Source: Candidatus Limnocylindrales bacterium (lineage in GTDB: Bacteria > Moduliflexota > Moduliflexia > Moduliflexales > JAUQPW01). Taken from it: 64,000 nucleotides of DNA. Each line of letters begins with the position of its first letter. Position 1 is the first letter of the stretch. A program made the translations under genes and the position numbers. The notes below the pieces were generated by a model. That model did not search any database. It was given only the letters and a program-made list of their open reading frames with translations, and was not told the DNA's origin. The DNA is taken from NCBI GenBank assembly GCA_035559535.1, contig DATMBG010000025.1, positions 1 to 64,000 on the forward strand. Direction: 5' to 3'. Below, piece by piece: positions 48,780 through 58,016 of the stretch.

Positions 48780-50465
48780 CTACATCACTTCTGGAGCCGA
48801 TACGCCTAACAGATCCAGGGCATTTTTTAAAACGATCTGAACTCCTTTGGCCAGGGTAAGTCTTGCTCCGGTTAGGGCCGGGTCATCGCCGATAAAGCGG
48901 TATTTATTATAATAGCTGTGAAAAATACTCGCCAGGTTCTGAAGATAGAAAGTGATACGATGCGGTTCCAGAGAAAGAGCACTCTCGATGACCACTTTAG
49001 GAAAATGATATAGTTCTTTAATTAAAGCAAGTTCCTCTTCAGAGTTTAATCGGTTTAGATCTACTTCCGGGGGAGATGGTAGAGCTATACTAAGTTTCTT
49101 GGCTTCTCGAAAAAGGCTACAGATTCTGGCATGAACGTATTGGACATAATAGACCGGGTTATCCTTAGATTGGCTTTTGGCCAATTCTAAATCAAAGTCC
49201 AGGTGACTGTCTGTACGTCGCATGGTAAAGAAAAACCGGGCCGCATCCACACCTACCTCTTCAACAAGATCGGAGAGTAAAATAAGTTTTCCCGACCGTT
49301 TAGATATTTTAACTTCCATGCCTTCTCGCATTAACCGAACCAGTTGAATGAGAACGACCGATAGGATATCCTCCGGGTAGCCCAGGGCCTTTATAATTCC
49401 TTTTACACGAGGAACATAACCTCCATGATCGGCTCCCCAAACATTGATCAGCTTTGAAAAACCCCGTTGAAGCTTATTTTGATGATAGGCTATATCCGAG
49501 GCCAGGTAAGTAGGACGTCCATCTGAGCGAATAACCACCCGATCTTTATCGTCCCCAAACTGAGTAGAACGAAACCAAAGAGCGCCCTCTTGCTCATAAA
49601 TGAAGCCCTTTGATTTAAGGATCTCCAGTACCTGAGCTACGGATCCGTTCTGGTATAAGCTTTTCTCGCTGAACCAGCTATCAAAGGTGACGCGAAATGC
49701 CTCTAAATCGGCTTTAATTCGTTCCAACATAGCCTGAGAGGCGAATTCTGCAAAAAAGGAAAGCACCTCTGCTGGATCTTTCTCTACAAACTCGGTCCCC
49801 TTCCTGGCTATGATTTCTCTGGCTATATCATAAACATAATCTCCGTGATATCCATTTTCCGGGAACGGTACAGGCTTCCCATTCAACTCCATGTATCGAC
49901 TCCACACGGACTGTCCCAGAAGCTCGATTTGATTGCCGAAATCATTGATATAAAACTCCTTTTCTACCTGATACCCACTGAAGGTTAAGATCCGTGCCAA
50001 TACATCTCCTACCGCGGCATTTCGCCCGTGTCCCACATGAAGGGGCCCGGTCGGATTTGCGCTCACAAACTCTACCTGAACCCGCATTCCCTTTCCATAA
50101 TCCGAAGACCCAAATCGATCTCCCCGGTTTAAAATGAACAGGAGTTGGTTATGCCAGAAAGATGGGGACAGGTAAAAGTTTATAAAACCGGGTCCTGCAA
50201 TCTCCCGTCTTTCAATCCAGGAAGGCAACGGACTCATATGTTTTAGGATAATATCTGCAATAACCCGGGGAGGTTTTCGTTCCAGGGAAGCCAGGGTCAT
50301 GGCCACGGTGGTTGTAATATCTCCATAACTTTTCTCGGCAGGTCGTTCGAGAATGATTTCCGGAAGTTGAGAATACCTCAACTCCCCTGCTTCTTTGGCC
50401 CGTACAAGGGCTTCCACAATGAGTTCTTTTAAATTACCTTCCATCATATGGCTTTTTACTAGCAC
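48780..50465 (-). CDS. argS: arginine--tRNA ligase
   Basis: EFVSANPTGPLHVGHGR, WGADH, KISKRSG, YVQYVHARI, GVSAPEVM; true start may be ATG 50447. Confidence 0.97.
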   Translation of the reverse strand: MLVKSHMMEGNLKELIVEALVRAKEAGELRYSQLPEIILERPAEKSYGDITTTVAMTLASLERKPPRVIADIILKHMSPLPSWIERREIAGPGFINFYLSPSFWHNQLLFILNRGDRFGSSDYGKGMRVQVEFVSANPTGPLHVGHGRNAAVGDVLARILTFSGYQVEKEFYINDFGNQIELLGQSVWSRYMELNGKPVPFPENGYHGDYVYDIAREIIARKGTEFVEKDPAEVLSFFAEFASQAMLERIKADLEAFRVTFDSWFSEKSLYQNGSVAQVLEILKSKGFIYEQEGALWFRSTQFGDDKDRVVIRSDGRPTYLASDIAYHQNKLQRGFSKLINVWGADHGGYVPRVKGIIKALGYPEDILSVVLIQLVRLMREGMEVKISKRSGKLILLSDLVEEVGVDAARFFFTMRRTDSHLDFDLELAKSQSKDNPVYYVQYVHARICSLFREAKKLSIALPSPPEVDLNRLNSEEELALIKELYHFPKVVIESALSLEPHRITFYLQNLASIFHSYYNKYRFIGDDPALTGARLTLAKGVQIVLKNALDLLGVSAPEVM

Positions 50466-50514
50466 ACCCCAAGGGTTCTGTCAAGAAGGAAACAGAACAT
50501 TTGTGAATTTACAC

Positions 50515-50671
50515 GTAACTGTAACCATTTAGGAGGTGTCACTTTTTCTGTCTGAACACCCCCCTGGCCCCCTCCAGGGAGGACTTCATCAGCAGCAACC
50601 CTATGTCAGTCTCCCCCTGGAGGGGGCCAGGGGGGTGTTTCTTTTTCTACCTGCTAAATTGATACAGATAC
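50515..50671. mobile_element. 157-bp MITE with 23-bp imperfect TIR and perfect 9-bp target-site duplication
   Basis: TSD aatttacac at 50506-50514 and 50672-50680; TIR gtaactgtaaccatttaggaggt / acctgctaaattgatacagatac; internal cccctggccccctccaggg hairpin. Confidence 0.85.
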
Positions 50672-50688
50672 AATTTACACAACCTCTG

Positions 50689-50717
50689 TTGACATCCTCT
50701 CAAATCTGTTTTAGGAT
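50689..50717 (+). promoter_or_regulatory. sigma-70 promoter
   Basis: TTGACA-17 nt-TAGGAT. Confidence 0.6.
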
Positions 50718-50796
50718 ATGTTACAGACATAATCGTTTCACCGGCTAATTGAATTCAAGCCTCTTTTTACTTATTTTTTTAAAATCGAAAGGTCGT

Positions 50797-51075
50797 ATGA
50801 GGGTACTCAAAAAGGAGGAAGTCTTAAAAGATCTGGCCATTCTCAACTTCCATGGAATTTTCGACGGAAGTAACGAAGTCTATGTGGTCGATACAGAGGG
50901 AAATCCAGATGCAAAGAGCTGTATCAAGGCCGTTTTGGAAAGTTATCCGGAGTTAAATAACGGTATCTATGAAGTGTTAGTGGACTTTCCTTTCCTGCAA
51001 TTATCTGAAAGCTATCGGCTGTTGGAAGGAAAAATTTATACCGTTGATCAACTCCGGCAGATCCTTTCAGAATAG
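50797..51075 (+). CDS. hypothetical protein
   Basis: ORF of 92 aa from ATG 50797 (track start 50749) with a promoter upstream; no family recognised. Confidence 0.6.
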   Translation: MRVLKKEEVLKDLAILNFHGIFDGSNEVYVVDTEGNPDAKSCIKAVLESYPELNNGIYEVLVDFPFLQLSESYRLLEGKIYTVDQLRQILSE

Positions 51076-51267
51076 GGGGGGAATCCTATTCCGCTTTCAC
51101 AATCCCGATCAAGTTCTCTCTAACCCTTTAAACACCCCCATCGGGGGAATGATTTAATAAAAAATTTAACTCATCCTACTCTAAGTCCCTTGATTCAGAT
51201 CATGGGCCTATAGCCTGGAGGAGATAACTCTAACGGAAGATTTATCCCATAGAGATCCTAAAACCCA

Positions 51268-53271
51268 ATGCCTGAGCTAACTTTTCTTCAAGATCTTTTG
51301 GCCTTATTTGGCCTCAGTGCCCTGACGGTGGTAGCCTTTCATCGGGCTAATCTCCCTCCCATTGTAGGATTCTTAATTACAGGGACCATCTGTGGACCTT
51401 ATGGGCTTAGACTCATCCAGGGGATTCATCAGGTTGAAGCTATGGCCGAAATCGGGGTTATTCTTCTCCTCTTCACGGTAGGGGTCGAGTTTTCCATCCA
51501 GCAATTGGTGCGCCTGCGGACATTCCTTCTTTTTGGAGGAGGGCTTCAAGTTTCCCTTACCGTCGCATTGATTATGATCTTTGCACCGACCCTTCATATC
51601 TCCTGGGCGACGGCGACGTTTCTTGGTATGTTGGTTTCTCTCAGTAGTACAGCGATTGTCCTGCGTCTTCTATCCGATCACGGTGAACTAGACAGTCCGC
51701 ACGGCAAAGCCTCTTTGGGTATTCTTATTTTTCAAGATCTTTGTATTGTTCCCATGATGTTACTGACTCCCTTTCTCGGCGGGCAGGGAGGAGATATAAT
51801 GACCATTCCCTGGGTTATAGGAAAAGCACTTCTGTTTATCGGGGTCACCATCCTGGCAGCCAGGTACCTGATCCCCTGGCTTTTGCACCAGGCCGTTAAC
51901 ACCCGGAAACGAGAGATTTTTCTTTTAACCATCATTTTCCTTTGCTTGGGTACCGCCTGGGCAACCGCAAAGGTTGGGCTTTCTCTGGCTCTGGGGGCCT
52001 TCATTGCCGGACTTGTCATCTCTGAATCCGAGTACAGCCATCAGGCCCTTGCCGAGGTACTTCCTTTCCGTGAAGTTTTTAACAGTCTATTTTTTATCTC
52101 CATTGGCATGCTCTTTGACGTTCGAACTCTCCTCTCAGCCCCCTTTCTTTTCCTGGCAGATCTGTTGATCGTTATGGCTGTAAAAATGGTGGTAACAGGT
52201 GGAGTGGCCTTTCTTTTGGGACAATCTTTAAGAGTTGCGGTCATAACAGGTTTCTTGCTTGCGCAAATCGGGGAGTTCTCCTTCGTCCTATCCCGAATAG
52301 GTGCTCAAGCAGGTCTTCTTGATGCCCGTTTGAACCAACTCTTTCTGGCCGTTGCAGTAGGAACCATGGCCATGACCCCGGGACTCTATAAACTCGGATT
52401 CCGACTGGCGATCTGGCTAGAAAATCGGGTTCCAAAGCCCTGGCTTGTCAATCGAGAGATAGCAACGGCGGATGGGAGTATCCACCAGCCGCTGGAGGAT
52501 CATGTCATTATCATCGGTTATGGTGTAAACGGTCGTAACCTGGCCCGGGTTCTAAAATACGCCGGAATTCCCTATACGGTTATCGAGATGAACCCGGAAA
52601 TTGTGAGAGTCGAACGTAAAAAAGGAGTTCCCATCCTATTCGGGGACGCTACGAACCCGGAAATTCTTCAACAGGCCGGAATCGAGAAAGCCAGGGTTGT
52701 TGTAATCGCAATCTCCGATGCTTCGGCCACCCGACGGAGTACCGACCTGGCCAGACGGCTTAATCCCGGGGTGCATATCATTGTACGAAGCCGATATTTA
52801 CAGGAGATGGAACCTTTGTTTGCCCTTGGTGCCCAGGAAGTCATCCCGGAAGAGTTTGAAACCTCCGTCGAAATTTTCACCCGGGTCTTGCAAAAATACC
52901 TGGTACCCCGGGACGTCATCGAGCATTGTATCCAGGAAATCCGTCGGGATGGCTACGAAATGTTCCGATCCCTCTACGAAGCTCACCGGCCAGGTGAAGG
53001 ATTACATCGCTTCTTGAGTGATCTATCTCTGGAGGTTTACCGGGTTAAGCCCGGAAGTCCTTTAATCGGTAAACGACTTAAAGATTCCGGACTCAGAGAA
53101 AAAACCGGAACAACCGTCATAGCCATTCAGCACCAGAATGAAGATATCCTTGTAAACCCAACTTCCAGGGATATCTTCCAGGAAGGAGATCTGGTTCTGC
53201 TTCTGGGACGCCCCGATCAGCTCACCGCTGCAGCCAATTTTTTTCAGGAAGGTTCAAATCAAGGAGGATAA
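51268..53271 (+). CDS. CPA2-family cation:proton antiporter (KefB/KefC-like) with TrkA-N and TrkA-C domains
   Basis: LSSTAIV, FQD, LGAFIAG, QIGEFSFVL, IIGYGVNG, FGDATN, C-terminal RCK-C. Confidence 0.93.
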   Translation: MPELTFLQDLLALFGLSALTVVAFHRANLPPIVGFLITGTICGPYGLRLIQGIHQVEAMAEIGVILLLFTVGVEFSIQQLVRLRTFLLFGGGLQVSLTVALIMIFAPTLHISWATATFLGMLVSLSSTAIVLRLLSDHGELDSPHGKASLGILIFQDLCIVPMMLLTPFLGGQGGDIMTIPWVIGKALLFIGVTILAARYLIPWLLHQAVNTRKREIFLLTIIFLCLGTAWATAKVGLSLALGAFIAGLVISESEYSHQALAEVLPFREVFNSLFFISIGMLFDVRTLLSAPFLFLADLLIVMAVKMVVTGGVAFLLGQSLRVAVITGFLLAQIGEFSFVLSRIGAQAGLLDARLNQLFLAVAVGTMAMTPGLYKLGFRLAIWLENRVPKPWLVNREIATADGSIHQPLEDHVIIIGYGVNGRNLARVLKYAGIPYTVIEMNPEIVRVERKKGVPILFGDATNPEILQQAGIEKARVVVIAISDASATRRSTDLARRLNPGVHIIVRSRYLQEMEPLFALGAQEVIPEEFETSVEIFTRVLQKYLVPRDVIEHCIQEIRRDGYEMFRSLYEAHRPGEGLHRFLSDLSLEVYRVKPGSPLIGKRLKDSGLREKTGTTVIAIQHQNEDILVNPTSRDIFQEGDLVLLLGRPDQLTAAANFFQEGSNQGG

Positions 53272-53272
53272 T

Positions 53273-53440
53273 ATGAATCCCTTATTTCAATGGATTATAG
53301 CCCATACCACCGCCAAAGCACAAACCCGACGATGTCCCAAGTGCCATCGTACTCAAACTGTTCCAAAAAGCAAAATCCAGGACACAATTCCCTGCGAATC
53401 TTGTGGAACGCCTATTACCCCTAAGTATATCGTTAAGTAA
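53273..53440 (+). CDS. 55-aa Zn-ribbon small protein (absent from ORF track)
   Basis: Own translation MNPLFQWIIAHTTAKAQTRRCPKCHRTQTVPKSKIQDTIPCESCGTPITPKYIVK; aggagg RBS; starts 1 nt after the antiporter stop. Confidence 0.75.
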   Translation: MNPLFQWIIAHTTAKAQTRRCPKCHRTQTVPKSKIQDTIPCESCGTPITPKYIVK

Positions 53441-53660
53441 ACTTTGTTAAGCAGGAAACTGGAATGGGATTTATAAAAGGCCTAACACCTTGCTAACGCC
53501 CTAAAAAATAAAAAAATAATACACAAATTCCAAACTTGAGTGTAATATGATTTTTGAAGGCCTTAGGCCCAAGAATGATAACGGTTTATAAACCGGGTAC
53601 AGAAAATCCTGCGCTTCGCCTCGAGCGGCCAAGCTGTAGGAAGAGTAAAAATCTCGATCC

Positions 53661-54167
53661 ATGAATCGACGCCATTTTATCATCGGTTTTCTGAGTCTTG
53701 CAACCTCCCCTTTGATTCTCTTAAACCTGGTTGGAGATCGTAGAGTTATGGCTGATAAAATCGAAAAAATTCAAAAATCCAATGCAGAATGGAGAAAAAT
53801 TCTAACACCGGAACAATATCATATTTTGCGTGAAGAAGGAACCGAGCGCCCCTTTTCTAGCCCTCTTAATAACGAGAAAAGAAAGGGCTTGTATGTTTGT
53901 GCAGGATGCGGACTTCCTTTGTTCACCTCGGAGATGAAATTTGATAGTGGTACAGGTTGGCCGAGTTTCTTTACTTCTATAGAAGGCCACCTGGAAACTA
54001 AAAGAGATTTTAAGCTGATTTTCCCCCGTACGGAGTATCATTGTGCTCGATGTGGAGGTCATCAAGGCCATGTCTTTGATGACGGTCCTCCACCGACCGG
54101 CCAGCGATGGTGTAATAACGGGGTGGCTCTCAAATTTATTCCCGATCAAACAGAAGGAAATAATTAA
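53661..54167 (+). CDS. msrB: peptide-methionine (R)-S-oxide reductase with Tat-like leader
   Basis: GTERPF, CAGC, KFDSGTGWPSF, CARCGGHQGHVF.DGP, RWCNNG; N-terminal NRRHF. Confidence 0.95.
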   Translation: MNRRHFIIGFLSLATSPLILLNLVGDRRVMADKIEKIQKSNAEWRKILTPEQYHILREEGTERPFSSPLNNEKRKGLYVCAGCGLPLFTSEMKFDSGTGWPSFFTSIEGHLETKRDFKLIFPRTEYHCARCGGHQGHVFDDGPPPTGQRWCNNGVALKFIPDQTEGNN

Positions 54168-54364
54168 GAGGGTAAAATCTTACAGGGCGAAGCAAGATTT
54201 CGCCCTACCCCTGCAATTTACCGATATAGCCTGGTAGAAGATCTTTCCAGGTATATCATGAGGTCGCCGGAGGAGCAGGTTTCAAACCTGCTCCTATACA
54301 GCCAGTTGAACCCGGGAAATTTTACGTTCTTCTGAATGGGAATTCAGGTATGGAAAAAATCCTT

Positions 54365-54859
54365 CTAGGTCTCTTTTCCTTCTAAGGCCAGGCCTGAAAT
54401 AATCTCGGCTCCTAATTCTGTAAAAACCCTGGGCGAGATTTTGATCTTCAACGAACGACCCCCACCCCCTAAAATGATCCAATCCAGACCCATGATTCGT
54501 TCATCGACATAAAGCGGTAAATCCTTAGGCAGTGAAAAAGGGGTTACGCCACCTACCTGCATACCGGTAAGAGTTATCATCTCCTCGGGAGAAGCAAACG
54601 AAGCTTTGGAAACGCCCATAAGACTCTTAACCCGATTATTTACATCCAACCGGGTGTTGGCTAAAACCACACAGGCTACATATTTCTTGGGTCCTCTCTT
54701 AGAAGTGACGATGAGGGTGTTGCAGGAGCGCTCAACGGGATAACCGTATTTTTTGCAAAAGGCTGCCGTATCGGCAAATTCCGGATCAATCTGAATCGTT
54801 TCGTAAGGAATTCCAATTTTATTTAAAGCCTCGATAACCTTCTGTTCTGGTTCTGTCAT
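54365..54859 (-). CDS. YbaK/EbsC-family aminoacyl-tRNA editing domain protein
   Basis: ASFAS, TGMQVGGVTPF, LYVD, GGG.RSLK. Confidence 0.88.
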   Translation of the reverse strand: MTEPEQKVIEALNKIGIPYETIQIDPEFADTAAFCKKYGYPVERSCNTLIVTSKRGPKKYVACVVLANTRLDVNNRVKSLMGVSKASFASPEEMITLTGMQVGGVTPFSLPKDLPLYVDERIMGLDWIILGGGGRSLKIKISPRVFTELGAEIISGLALEGKET

Positions 54860-55148
54860 TTCGTACAGGCCTCCTTTCTGGATATTTCCAGATCGACTTA
54901 AAAAATTTTAAAAAAGAATAGATCAAAGCATTGACCTCAGGTTATATCAATGTACTTATCCTCTGATTCAGAAGAAAGAAAATTTTCACATAACTCTTCT
55001 TCAAGATAGGAAGTTTTCCGGGTAGATTTTTTTATTGCTTCGGCCGATTTTGATGAATATAATCTCTTTGAGAGGCTCAAGACAGGAGTTATTTAATACC
55101 CTGGTTTATGACCGGGGTAGCTTTTTCAAACCTTATCATGAGGTCAGG

Positions 55149-55811
55149 ATGAGGAAGATCTTAATTTTTACTAGAACAAGGGGATTTCGCCACGAATCGA
55201 TTCCTGATGGGATTGCTGCGATTCGGTCTTTAGGTAACCGGCATCAGTTTCAGGTCGAAGCCACGGAGGATGCAGGGGTTTTTACCGATGATAATTTAGC
55301 AGGATACCAGGCGGTTATATTTTTAAATACAACGGGGGATGTTCTAAATCCAGAACAGCAGGCGGCTTTTGAGAAGTTTATTCAGAAGGGAAAGGGTTTT
55401 GTTGGGATCCACTCGGCGACGGATACGGAATATGATTGGCCCTGGTATGGCCGGCTTGTCGGGACTTACTTTAAAAATCATCCGGCCGTCCAACCGGCGA
55501 CTCTTAAGGTGGTGGATTCAACCCATATCTCTACCCGGCAATTACCCTCTGAGTGGATCCGAAGCGATGAGTGGTACAATTTTCGCCATGATCCCAGTCC
55601 TCAGGTTAAAGTACTTATCCAGATAGATGAAACGACCTATTCCGGGGGTAATATGGGAGAGAGCCATCCTATTTCCTGGTATCACGAGTATGATGGAGGG
55701 CGAGCCTGGTATACCGCCATGGGACATACCCGGGAAACCTACAAAGAACCGCTGTTTTTAAGCCATATAGGGGGGGGTATTTGTTGGGCGATGGGTAAGG
55801 AGATGGAATAA
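55149..55811 (+). CDS. ThuA-like domain protein
   Basis: FTRTRGFRHESIP, FLNTTGD, GFVGIHSA, DEWYNF, YTAMGH (ORF track start 55035). Confidence 0.9.
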   Translation: MRKILIFTRTRGFRHESIPDGIAAIRSLGNRHQFQVEATEDAGVFTDDNLAGYQAVIFLNTTGDVLNPEQQAAFEKFIQKGKGFVGIHSATDTEYDWPWYGRLVGTYFKNHPAVQPATLKVVDSTHISTRQLPSEWIRSDEWYNFRHDPSPQVKVLIQIDETTYSGGNMGESHPISWYHEYDGGRAWYTAMGHTRETYKEPLFLSHIGGGICWAMGKEME

Positions 55812-55846
55812 AGGGGGTATGGGACAAAGGAGGCCCGGATTATTTT

Positions 55847-57913
55847 ATGGCAAAGCTGGTAGGAATAGATATTGGTGGGACTTTCACGGATATGATGGTT
55901 CTGGATGAAAATCTTCATACCCTACAGATCGGCAAAATCTCTTCCACTCCCAAGGATCCTTCTCTGGGTTTGATGGCAGGTCTCGATATGCTTGAGATCG
56001 ATTACAGGGCTATCGAGCTGGTCATTCACGGTACCACGGTCGCTACCAATGCGATCCTGGAGCGGAGAGGTGCGCGTTGTGGGCTTATAGCGACCCATGG
56101 GTTTCGGGATATCCTGGAACTTAGGCGTCGGGACCGGCCTCATCTCTATGGCCTTACCGGATCTTATGAGCCTTTAATTCCGAGGGATCGGCGTAGGGAA
56201 GTTTCTGAACGGATCTCTGCCGAAGGAGAAATTCTTATTCCTCTGGCCGAGGTGGAAGTCCTGGCAGAAGCAGAAAAACTTGTGGACGCCGGTGTAGAAG
56301 CCATTGTAATTAGCTTCTTAAACGCCTATATCAACCCTGTTCATGAGCGAAAAGCCAAAGCCCTTCTTGAAGCCCGCTGGCCCCATCTCTTTATCGTAGC
56401 TTCGGCAGACATTCTTCCCCTTATCCGTGAGTTCGAGCGAACCAGTACGGCTGTCGTAAATGCTTATGTTCAGCCTATTGTCAGTCGCTACCTGACTAAA
56501 CTCCAACAACGCCTGGAAGAGCGGGGATATAAAGGAAGTCTCCTTATTATGCAGTCCAACGGAGGGATGATGTCGGTGGAAGCGGCTCGAACCCTTTCTG
56601 TAAATACCATTCTCTCCGGCCCGGCAGCCGGAGTTATTGCCGCTACCCGGATCGCCGGAGAAAGTGGATTTCAAAACCTGATCGGCTATGATATGGGCGG
56701 TACCAGCCTTGATGTATCCCTGGTGGTTGGAGGAAAACCAACCGTCTCAAACGGAACAGAACTCGAATTCGGTATTCCCATCATGGTTTCTATGATCGAT
56801 ATTCACTCCATCGGAGCGGGAGGAGGGAGCATTGCCCGGATCGATCCGGGGGGAGTTCTTCAGGTAGGGCCTCAGAGTGCAGGAGCAGAGCCAGGACCGG
56901 TGTGTTATGGGATGGGAGGGACCCAACCAACAGTTACCGATGCCCATCTGATCTTGGGAAGGATCAATCCCGATTACCCCATCGCCCGAAGGAAAGGGTT
57001 CTCGTTGGATGTTATACGGACTCGATCCATTATCGCCGAAAAAATTGGAAAGCCCCTGGGTCTCTCTCCAGAGGAAGCCGCTCTGGCCATCATTACCGTC
57101 GCTAATAATCGTATCTCCGGAAGTATCCGGCGTATCTCCATAGACCGCGGTTACGACCCCCGGGACTTTGTTCTCTTCTCCTTCGGAGGAGGTGGCCCTC
57201 TGTTGGTCAGCTTTCTTCTTCGGGAGTTGGGAGTTGCCAGGGCTATGGTCCCCTATTATCCCGGAATCACCTCGGCCTGGGGATGTGTCATTGCCAATCT
57301 TCAACACGACTTTGTAACCACCGTTAACCGTCGCCTTTCAGAGCTGGATCCGACAGAAATAGAACGAATCTTTACCGAACACCTGGACCGGGGAGAAAAA
57401 TTAATCCGACAAGAAAAAATTCCCCTGGTTCACCTGAATATCCTCCGTGAGACCGACATTTCCTATGAAGGGCAAACCCACGTCATCCGTATGTCTTTAC
57501 CTGCAGGACCCCTTTCCCCCTCCTTGATCGCAGAGAATTTCCGCCATGCCTACCTCCGCCAATATGGACAGGTAGAGGAAGCTTTTGGCGGACTGGAAAC
57601 GCTCCTGGAACGTCTCCCTGTTCGTTTACTCAATCTCCGGACCTCGATCATAGGCATTCGCCCGAATCTGTCCCTGAAAGATTTTTTGACCCGGCCGAAA
57701 ACTTCTCTGAAAGAGGCCCAGAAAGGTACCCGACCTGTGTTTGTGGAAGATCGATTTATGGAATGCCCGGTCTATGAGCGTTCTCTTCTACCCTGGGACA
57801 TCCATTTCTCTGGTCCTGCCGTTATCGAGCAGCCGGATACAACCATCTGGCTGGAACCTTGGGTCCGGGCTTACGTGGAGGAAGGTGGAAATCTATTGAT
57901 GGAGATGAGATAA
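55847..57913 (+). CDS. hydantoinase/oxoprolinase subunit A (HyuA-like)
   Basis: GIDIGGTFTD, HGTTVATNA, REFERTST, SGPAAG, DMGGTS, GAGGGS, PTVTDA. Confidence 0.95.
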   Translation: MAKLVGIDIGGTFTDMMVLDENLHTLQIGKISSTPKDPSLGLMAGLDMLEIDYRAIELVIHGTTVATNAILERRGARCGLIATHGFRDILELRRRDRPHLYGLTGSYEPLIPRDRRREVSERISAEGEILIPLAEVEVLAEAEKLVDAGVEAIVISFLNAYINPVHERKAKALLEARWPHLFIVASADILPLIREFERTSTAVVNAYVQPIVSRYLTKLQQRLEERGYKGSLLIMQSNGGMMSVEAARTLSVNTILSGPAAGVIAATRIAGESGFQNLIGYDMGGTSLDVSLVVGGKPTVSNGTELEFGIPIMVSMIDIHSIGAGGGSIARIDPGGVLQVGPQSAGAEPGPVCYGMGGTQPTVTDAHLILGRINPDYPIARRKGFSLDVIRTRSIIAEKIGKPLGLSPEEAALAIITVANNRISGSIRRISIDRGYDPRDFVLFSFGGGGPLLVSFLLRELGVARAMVPYYPGITSAWGCVIANLQHDFVTTVNRRLSELDPTEIERIFTEHLDRGEKLIRQEKIPLVHLNILRETDISYEGQTHVIRMSLPAGPLSPSLIAENFRHAYLRQYGQVEEAFGGLETLLERLPVRLLNLRTSIIGIRPNLSLKDFLTRPKTSLKEAQKGTRPVFVEDRFMECPVYERSLLPWDIHFSGPAVIEQPDTTIWLEPWVRAYVEEGGNLLMEMR

Positions 57914-58016
57914 AATCGCCCTTATCCTAATCCCTCTTCCCTATCATGGCAGAGAAACCCGAGGTGAGGGAAAACACAAGAAAAATATCTCAAACCCTCT
58001 AGAAAACCAAAAGCCT

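Noticed and set aside
53533-53556. Second HAIR site upstream of msrB (aaacttgagtg)
   Set aside because: Only the left half-site matches; the right half (gattttt) does not.
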